From positions 201,996,001-202,060,000 of the forward strand of contig NC_042998.1 in the NCBI RefSeq assembly GCF_006345805.1: a stretch of DNA of 64,000 nucleotides. Direction: 5' to 3'. The stretch is from Octopus sinensis (taxonomy: Eukaryota). The notes under the pieces are model-generated. The model was not told the origin of the DNA and made no database searches. It saw only the letters and a list, made by a program, of their open reading frames with translations. Below are positions 55,056 to 64,000 of the stretch, in pieces (positions within the stretch are counted from its first letter, which is position 1; every line of letters starts with the position of its first letter). The translations under genes and the position numbers were made by a program.

Positions 55056-55612
55056 ATATATATATGTATGTATACATCAGTATTTAGGTGTGTGTGCATA
55101 TGCTTGTTGGTGCACGTGATTATGCTTGTGCGCGCACCTCTCTGGGTGTTCATAAGGTGGTAAATTTATATATATTTCTATTTGGCTGTATATGTATATA
55201 GATCTACCCCTCTCTCTCTCTCTCTCTCTTTCTCTCTCCCTCTTTCTCCTTCTTTCTCTTTCTCTCGCTCTCTTTCCTGTACTACTAGATCTGCTCTTTA
55301 GTCTCTCTCTCAAACGTTTATACATAATCACATGTCATTAACATCTAATTATTTATTAACGTTTCATCCAAATAAAAATTTTGTATTATTTGTTTCTCAG
55401 GCTAATGAGTTTCTAACAGAGCATTTCTTAACGCTTTTCCTACTTGTACAATTTTGTAATTCATATTAGCAAATAAAACATGCTTGAAGGTGAATGTATA
55501 TATATATGTATCTATGCATGAATGTAAGTATGGATGCAAGTATGTATGTATTTACGTATAAATATTTGCGTCTGTGTTTGTAGATTTATTTATATATATG
55601 TATATGTATGGA

Positions 55613-55664
<52 letters not shown>

Positions 55665-57248
55665 TATATTAATACATATAAGTGTGCATAAACAAATGCT
55701 TGTGTGTGATTGGGTACACTTGTCGTTGTAAGAGAAAGAGAAAGGGTAAGAAGAAGTGAAAGAATATTCACATGGGAAGAAATCGTGACGTGAATATTCC
55801 AACGCAGTCATATTTAGTTTAATATTGTGAATTAAACATGAAAACAAATAATCAATTAATAATATCTGAAATTTCATAAATTAATAAATATACGCTTCAA
55901 GAACAAACAAAGTAGTTAAGCCCACTAATTCAGAAATGTCTATAAACATCTATGTTTATACAACTCTCACGGGCATAGCTCGGCTGCCTTGGGCTTCAGA
56001 ATAAGATATCATTTCAACGATTCAATGTCTCCAGCATGCGCGTATGATTGGATGATTTCTACTTGGGAGACGCTAGAGAATTTTGCCAATATATTAAGAC
56101 CACTTGATAGGTGGGAAAATCTTGAGTTGAAAGTCACAATCAAACATCTGCTTACTTCCAAATATTGATGCTTCTGCTAAAGTTTAAACACTTACAACTC
56201 GCTAGTCATATTTAGACATTGCTGTAGAATTACGATTCTTGTGTGATTTCATTATTGATCACTGATAGAATATATTACATCAGTTTCTTCATCGCACATG
56301 ATTTGTCTGTTGTGGAGAAGATCAGTCGATATACATACATAGAAATCACGAAGACTTACATAGCATACACATACAAAAACACACACATAATTATTCATGG
56401 CATTCATAATATTCATAACCCTCATAAAATATATATTACCCATACATCTGTGTGTGTGTGTGTATGTGTGTTAGAAAGATATATACAGGTATATGAAATA
56501 TTATACAAGAAAAATTATTGATTTAATATTATATTATCCCTGCTCCTACAGGCGGTGTGTAATCACTTCGTGGAAATTAGTAATAATTCCAAATTAGTAG
56601 GTTCGATAAACTCAGGAATCAAGAATTTCTCAAAAATTAATTTGCTATTAAAATAAAGGTACCACTGTGGAAGCGTCTTTGAGCCATATTAAAATTCATT
56701 AACACAGCAATCATCTTAGCTTATCTTTAGCATACGCGACTCACACATACGGAACAAGTGGAGGTAATTCCCATCAAAGAAACAAAACTGAGGTTAGGCA
56801 AATAACTCAGTGGCCAGTAGTATATAAGTGGACGACAATGAATGAAGGTATTTCAAATAGGATACGATGAAAATTCTTCCTAGGTTGAAATTATCAACGC
56901 TTTTAAAGAAGGTTGACCAATCGCTTTGGTATCACTGATAGCCACACTAAATGAGCAGAGGAAATTATCTGAGGAAACAACATTTCTCTAAATCGGATAT
57001 GTCATTAAGAAAAAAACTGAGTGTCATATATCCATAGAGTGCTGTTATCGCCAACTGAGTCATAAAAACAAATACACGGCTATCCCCTTGTCTTCACTTG
57101 ATCTTACTGTCTTTTCCTGAACGGCATGTAAACTTAGATTGCTAGATTCTTGTGATTATTTCTTCTGATCCTTTAGAGTTTCGCCTTATCTCACTTCCCA
57201 ACAGATGATTGTTCAACTTCATCTGGAATCGAAGACGATTTAAATACA

Positions 57249-57295
<47 letters not shown>

Positions 57296-57309
<14 letters not shown>

Positions 57310-57900
57310 GGCATCCTTTTTGTCTCGGGAGACAATGGAGTTGCGCATAAAATAGTCCAGTCCGACTTTTACATTTCATGTCCTGATACATTTCCTGCTG
57401 TGGCTGTGTAGTCCTATCCTGGACAAATACTCCCTCTGGCAGGTACCGCAAATGTAGCGAAGACTGTTCTTGGCTGGTTGTAGTGTCATAGTTTCTTATT
57501 GACGTCTTTTCTTGTCTTTCAAATTCTCCTCTCTCTCTCTGTCACTCCTTTGTATTCCCTCTTTTACGATACGTCGCCAATCTCCACGGTTGCTGGCAAT
57601 TGCTTCCCAACTGCTAGTATTGATGTTGCAGGCCTTCATGTCCCTTTTGCAAACATCCTTGTAACGTAAGATCGGTCTACCCACAGACCTAGTACCCTTA
57701 GCAAGCTCTCCGTAGAGTACGTCCTTGGGGATTCTGCCATCTTTCATACGGCTAACATGCCCAAGCCATCTCATACGTCTTTTGTGAGGAGTGCAAACAT
57801 GTTTGGTATTCCTGCTTGCTTGAGGACATCTCTGTTGGGGATATGATTCTGCCATTTGATGTGGAGGATTTTCCGGAGGCAGCGCAGGTGAAATATGCTT
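57296..57900 (-). mobile_element. RTE-clade (BovB-like) LINE, 3' fragment
   Basis: Reads HLRCLRKILHIKWQ, RRMRWLGHVSRMKDGRIPKDVLYGEL..GRPILRYKDVCKRDMK and the C-terminal C..C..SRIGL.SH..KC, ending in a (CAA)n tail. Confidence 0.92.
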
Positions 57901-58905
57901 CACTACCTCAAATGTTCTTTCTCTATAATGTTGCCACTTGATATGAAAATTTTTGTATGAATGGAAAATCTCTATAATTGGCTGATGAGTGCTCAGAATT
58001 TTAAAACTGCTGTAATACTTACAACATTTAATAAAATGATGTAGTACGAAACGATAGTACCAAATTACCGGAGTCATTCTTGCTGCTTATTTGGATATAT
58101 ATAGTAGCCATCTGAGAAAACATACACTGCTACACAAACTAAATTATTCAGTTACCATTTAGACAACTAACTACCTACTTTGTTCCAACACATGAACTTA
58201 ATCTTAAACCTTTAACTTTGTATACTCCATATTCTGCAACGTTGTAACGCTCTAAGGTTTCAATCCTTCAGCTAACAATATGTGCGAAGTGACACACACC
58301 TCAGGAACAATGTGTGGTATGGGATGGATTTTGATATGTTCACGTCAACCTTCATATCCCGCATTATAAACTGATTCCATCAGCGTTACAATGCCACGGC
58401 AAATCAAGCAAAGTATTAGCAGAGCATTACTGTTATACACCCCGGATGTTGTAGCATGTGTGTAGTTTTATAATGTAAAATGTCTAGGTTAAATTGAACA
58501 GAGACATAATACAACACTTACTATTGCGGTCAGAAATCCCATTCGTAGGATTCGTACTCAGCGCGTAAAATATACATTTGAATACGACAAAGTATTTTAC
58601 CCATTGTTCCACTTCATTTAATACAATGTGCTTTCCTAACAAAGGTATGAATCCTAGTGGAATATATACGAAGAACCTGAGCTCTAATATTTATATTCAC
58701 ATTACGAAATGACATTAATTTCTCTTATGCGAATTAAATGTTACATTATCTCGTTCTGATTGAGCAAACGTGTTAAATGGCATCCTGGGCCTTACTACCG
58801 CGTTTAGTTGTCGCTTATATTAAATTATCTAATATGTCCTTTCGTTATTTTATTTTCTGAGTAGAATATCGCTTGAGAATGAATTTTGCTGCTGTTTTTA
58901 GCTAG

Positions 58906-58981
58906 TTGAACGAAACATTTAGGTCCTTTTTCGTGGTTGTTACATGTAAAACTCAGGAAGACGGAAATTGTTGTGAGCCAT
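58906..58981 (+). CDS. Candidate small host exon (unverified)
   Basis: Acceptor tttttagctAG, frame LNETFRSFFVVVTCKTQEDGNCCEP, and donor T|GTAAGT. An alternative acceptor and frame are also open. Confidence 0.2.
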
Positions 58982-60099
58982 GTAAGTCTTTCGTACATAT
59001 TCTATTCATAACAGCAGTATACATTTTGAAACCGAGAACTGAAATTCCTTTGAAGTGGATCGCCTCAACAAATTGTTTCTATTTCTCATCAATCTAATGA
59101 AGACTTTAGTGTAGGAATTCATACACAGAATTTCAACAGGAGAGGTTATTTTGCATTAAAGTCTGTAGAATATTTGTTTATATGCAAAATAATGTTTATC
59201 ATTTCCTGAAAAGTTTGACTTAGAATATACTGGGAAGTTGAATGCAAGCATGTTAACAAAATAGTTTTGTCCCTTTCCACAGTATGCAACGAATATTTGC
59301 AAAAATATAATAAAACTAGGATTAATCTAAATTATCAATAATCAGTTTACAATTACAACAGTGGAGTACATGTGTACTTTAATTTTATAAGAACTGGTCT
59401 TTTTAAAAATTTCATCCATATGGACACAAATGTAAAAACAAAATGCCTAGAAAATTATGATATTGTAGTTACAGAATGTTTTGTTCTTTCAATGACTGCC
59501 ATAACATAATGTTCTTTCATTGAAATCTGTATTCGTATTTTATATCAGAAATAGTACGCCTACGTATTGGACATCAAAAACGAACTGTGACATGTGCACA
59601 CAATGATATCAATAACTGTCAATAGAGAAAGGAATTTTTTTTTAATTCTTTCAGTTTTAATTCCAATACATCAGGATGAGATGAAGAATTTTTTTTTTTT
59701 TTTTTAATATGCATTTATTAAGCAATTGAATTACTTTCCGGAAATAAAATTATTTCCTTGAAGCATTTAGCGATTTACTGAAAAGTTGAAATCCTTGCAG
59801 GCAAATACTACTAGTAAGAAAACTATTCTAATAAAGAAGGGTCGTGAGTGCAAATATCTAAATATATTAAAACAAAATCCTAAATAAGAGCATTAAAGGA
59901 AATAACATTGGAATAACCTAGGAGTTCGTGGAAACTCGGACATGCTCGCTTTTCTTATACGACTGCTCACTCGAAATGTCATTTCCTCGTTCAACTAAAC
60001 TGATATAAAGAAATTTTGTCTTATGATTGAAAGGTGAGTCTCGAATACTTGGAGCGCATTTTTAATAATATTTCCTTTTGTATTATTCCCAAACGTACG

Positions 60100-60185
<86 letters not shown>

Positions 60186-60217
60186 ATATATATATATATA
60201 TATATATATCATACACA

Positions 60218-60350
60218 TGGCCCAGTGGTTAGGGCAGTGGACTCGCAGTCGTAAGAACGCGGTTTCAATTGCCAGACCGGGCATTGTGAGTGTTTATTGA
60301 GCAAAAACACCTAAGCTCCATGAGGCTTCGGCAGAGGGGGAGGGAGGGTA
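60218..60350 (+). mobile_element. SINE family C, 5' part
   Basis: ATGGCCCAGTGGTTAGGGCAGTGGACTC..GGTTTCAATTGCCAGACCGGG matches 18590-18687. Confidence 0.8.
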
Positions 60351-60371
60351 GTTAACCTCGCTTTAAAAAGT

Positions 60372-60569
60372 AGAGGCGTAGGACTCGCTGTATGGTAAGT
60401 AGTTTGCTTACGAACCACATGGTTCTGGGTTCAGTCCAACTGCGTGTCACATTGGGCAAGTGTCTTCTACTATAGCCTCGGGCCAACCAAAGCCTTGTGA
60501 GTGAATTTGGTAGAGGGAAACTGAAAGAAGCCCGTCGTATATATGTATATATATATATGTATATATATC

Positions 60570-60645
<76 letters not shown>

Positions 60646-60843
60646 TCCCACCAACATCGCTTGACAACCGATGCTGGTGTGTTTACGTCCCCGTAACGTA
60701 GCGGTTCGGCAAAAGCAACCGATAGAATAAGTACTAGGCTTACAAAGAATAAGTCCTGGGGTCGATTTGGTCGACGAAAGGCGTTGCTCCAGCATGGCCA
60801 AAGTCATATAACTGAAACAAGTAAAAGAGTAAAAAAAAAGAGT
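60372..60843 (+). mobile_element. SINE family A with an expanded internal TA/TG tract
   Basis: Head, CORE-like centre, and tail ending CTGAAACAAGTAAAAGAG. Confidence 0.9.
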
Positions 60844-61241
60844 ATGCATATATATTAGCAACATATGGATTGTGGTTAATTTATGAACATAAGTGTTACA
60901 TCATGCCAAAAAAAAAAAAAGAACGTTTCCATCAGGTTAAAACAGGTAAAAATTAACAATTAGAACTTCCCAAGAACAACAACAGAGTGCCACTTGAATC
61001 TATCAAATTCAGTCAGAGAGGGAGAAATTATTAACAAGAGTAATAAAAAGAAATGGTAGCTGGGAAAAACGAAATGCGACGCACATATACATTTCTATAC
61101 GTAGCTACCCACACAGACATATAAATGGATACATCTACTTACACGCATATAGGCACATACACAAACACACATAAGCAGGCATACATTGATAATCATATAT
61201 GTATATGTATGTATATATATATATATAATATATATATATTA

Positions 61242-61273
<32 letters not shown>

Positions 61274-61625
61274 TATATATATTATATATATATAATATAT
61301 ATATATATACATATATCCACTACACATTCTTTATTTTCTCTCCCTCTTACTTTCTGTGCTCTTTTCTCGAAGCGTTAAAGACGTTTCACTTCCCGAGCGT
61401 TATACTAATACATCTGTTTGTTGTCTCCACCACCTGCCTTTGTATACCACTTGCAATAAAGAGAGCAATCGCTCCAAAACCACGAATAACTCACTAACAA
61501 CATTTATATTATCGTTATTATTATTGATAACGGTAATAATAATTCTTCGATATATATATATATAGAGAGAGAGAGAGGAGAGAGAGAGAGAGGGAGAAAG
61601 AGAGAGAGAGAGGGAGAGAGAGAGA

Positions 61626-61652
61626 GATAGATAGATGGATAGATGATGGATG

Positions 61653-61736
<84 letters not shown>
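61626..61736. repeat. (GATA)n array E, with no adjacent Tx1 copy
   Basis: Direct reading. Confidence 0.95.
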
Positions 61737-63729
61737 TACGGGTGTGTGTGATTGTGTATAGAAGAATATATTAATAAAAAGAATTCCAAATATATGTATG
61801 TATGTCTCTATCTATCTGTATATATATATATATCGCGGTACGCTGTAAAGCGCTGCAAAGCATCGGAGTTTTCGACTCGAATCGAACATAGCAAATTAAT
61901 CCCAAACGTTCTTAGCAGCACAAATGGAGTCAGAACCGACTAGTACGTATTCGTATCGAGTTGTATTAGTTGTAACAATGGAGTCAATGTCAATGGCTGA
62001 CTTGAATATTACAATTATATATATATATATATATATAGATATATACGTGTATGTGTGTATGTGTGCGTTGTGCGTGTGTGTAAATGAGATAAAAAGAGAT
62101 AAAAGGTATGATACATGGCACACACCATTTACAACGGTTTTATTGAATATGGAACACTGATACGGGAGAGTTGGATTCAACCTTATAATTGGACCTTACA
62201 ATTTCTCAGATATGCTGCAATCATTTTGGAAACGGAAATAGAATATGCAACTTTCTCTCACTAATCTATTAATTCGACCCAAAGCAAAGTTTACTACGGG
62301 TTGTATTAAGCTCATGATGCGAATGTACAAAATAAAATACGTTGAGGTATTTTAGTTAATCGCTCTATGAACCATATCACCAACTGTCATATTCCATTGA
62401 CTATATTCTTAGAGTTACACGCTGTAATAACTACTTCAGTGTCTCTGAAAGCAACTATAAAATACCACCCGATTATATATTTGTTCATCAATAATTTGTA
62501 AAATATAAATTATTGAACATAACCATATTTAAGTAACTACTAATATTTTATTTATTACAAAATACTTAGGTACATTTCTGTAATTTGCTTTCCCTAGCAC
62601 TTGATTTAGTCATTAATTATTTTTCGTAATGGTTTTAGATATATATTGAAATATACAGCGATTTTTGTTTCCCAGTAGTAGGAAAAATTACTCATAAATT
62701 TTACATCATGTATTTTTCAACATATTCTTCATATCGTAGTCTATTGACTAAGATTTATTTTCAGTTATAACTATTATCTCAGCAGCAAATTTAATATTCA
62801 TGGTTTCTTTATCACACAGATCAATCCAGTTCTGTTATAAATTGCTCAAATTCATTTCAGTGTGATGCATTTTAGATACAGATTTCAATGAATAGATAGT
62901 GTTAATACTTCATTGGTGAAAGCATAACCATTTATTCGGGAGATTTTATATTTTTCTCCTTCATAGCGTGGAAGAAAATGTAATATTTTGTAAGTAATTC
63001 TCAATATCCATGGCGTCTGGCAAGCATATATCATGTGGACTCTCTTCGATCGATAAATTCTGACATGTTATTCATACAATATTGAGATACAGCATGGCAT
63101 ACTGCCATTGTCTGGTCATCTAATACGATTAAACCGGTTTAATAGACAAATGTATTTTTCGGTAAATGGCATATATCTAATCAAATAGCAATAAAGCCAT
63201 GTTTTATATGATCACAGAAGACATGTGTTCATGTCTAAGTATGTATATATAAATGTGTATATATGTATGCATATATGTATTTGAGAACTGCATAGAATTA
63301 GGTTCTCATTAGGTGGTTGTAGTAATCCATAGTCAGAAAGATATCAGTACTACAAACAACAAAGGTAACTAGTTTCATTGATTTCTTACAAGAAGACCAA
63401 ATGTTACATCTTTCTTTTCCTCATAGGAAAGCAAGGAGATATTTATATTCATAGATATACACATACAAATACACACTTGAAAACAATCGCACACGCAAAC
63501 ATGAACACACGAACACACTCATGCACTTGCACGTACACAGACACAGAAACACACACACAGAGAAACACACAGAAATATGTCTTATACATTCAGAAGAAGA
63601 TTGCTAACAGACAAATATTTCCTTGCAAAATTTTGATAAAGTTGCCCTAATTGTAAATAATGAGTGTAGTGTTAAATTGCTTTTACATAAAACTTCATCT
63701 GCAATCAAACATTAATATATACACGTGTG

Positions 63730-63767
<38 letters not shown>

Positions 63768-64000
63768 AGTATGTATGTATATAAGGATATGATCGCTATT
63801 TTTTTTAAATACCGATCATATCAGCTGGCCAGCATGGGAATAAAAACCTTATAGTAATAATTATTTTTTTAATTATAACCATGGTATCTAAAAGATACGA
63901 CGATTCTAAAGATAGAATTCAAAACTTGACTTTGAAACCACATCAGGTATTCATACAGCACAGACAAACAGACAAATACACTAACATAAAATTAAACCGG

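Noticed and set aside
56288-56326. FIAHDLSVVEKIS, resembling the H-loop of bacterial oligopeptide ABC ATPases
   Set aside because: There is no Walker B, signature or other flanking similarity, and the context is AT/CA-rich eukaryotic filler. It is most likely chance, and a BLASTx extension would be needed to revive it.

Overview
Eukaryotic, AT-rich, microsatellite-saturated DNA. The SINE families and repeat make-up fit an octopod cephalopod (inference). No intact protein-coding gene is visible, and most ORF-track entries are translated microsatellites. The window is mostly decayed mobile DNA: three copies of a young GC-rich Tx1/L1-clade LINE, two CR1/L2-group LINE subfamilies, an R4/Dong-type RLE LINE, an RTE LINE, four distinct Penelope-like element (PLE) coding remnants, four tRNA-headed SINE families, two non-autonomous Helitrons, and mariner and probable piggyBac remnants. 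Three observations stand out. (1) All three Tx1 copies are 5'-truncated at different points, yet every 5' junction is fused to a (GATA)n/(TATC)n array, and 4 of the 5 long GATA arrays in the window touch a Tx1 copy, which suggests a GATA-microsatellite-targeting retrotransposon. (2) About seven families of type I hammerhead-ribozyme (HHR) motifs occur in PLE-type termini, three of them in fold-back or inverted-arm structures set in (TA)n. (3) A SINE and a LINE share a 3' tail whose hairpin covaries, and a second LINE subfamily keeps the same two-hairpin plus GAAAC layout. A few weak host-exon candidates are listed at low confidence. Coordinates were counted by hand and element edges are approximate unless a junction is quoted.
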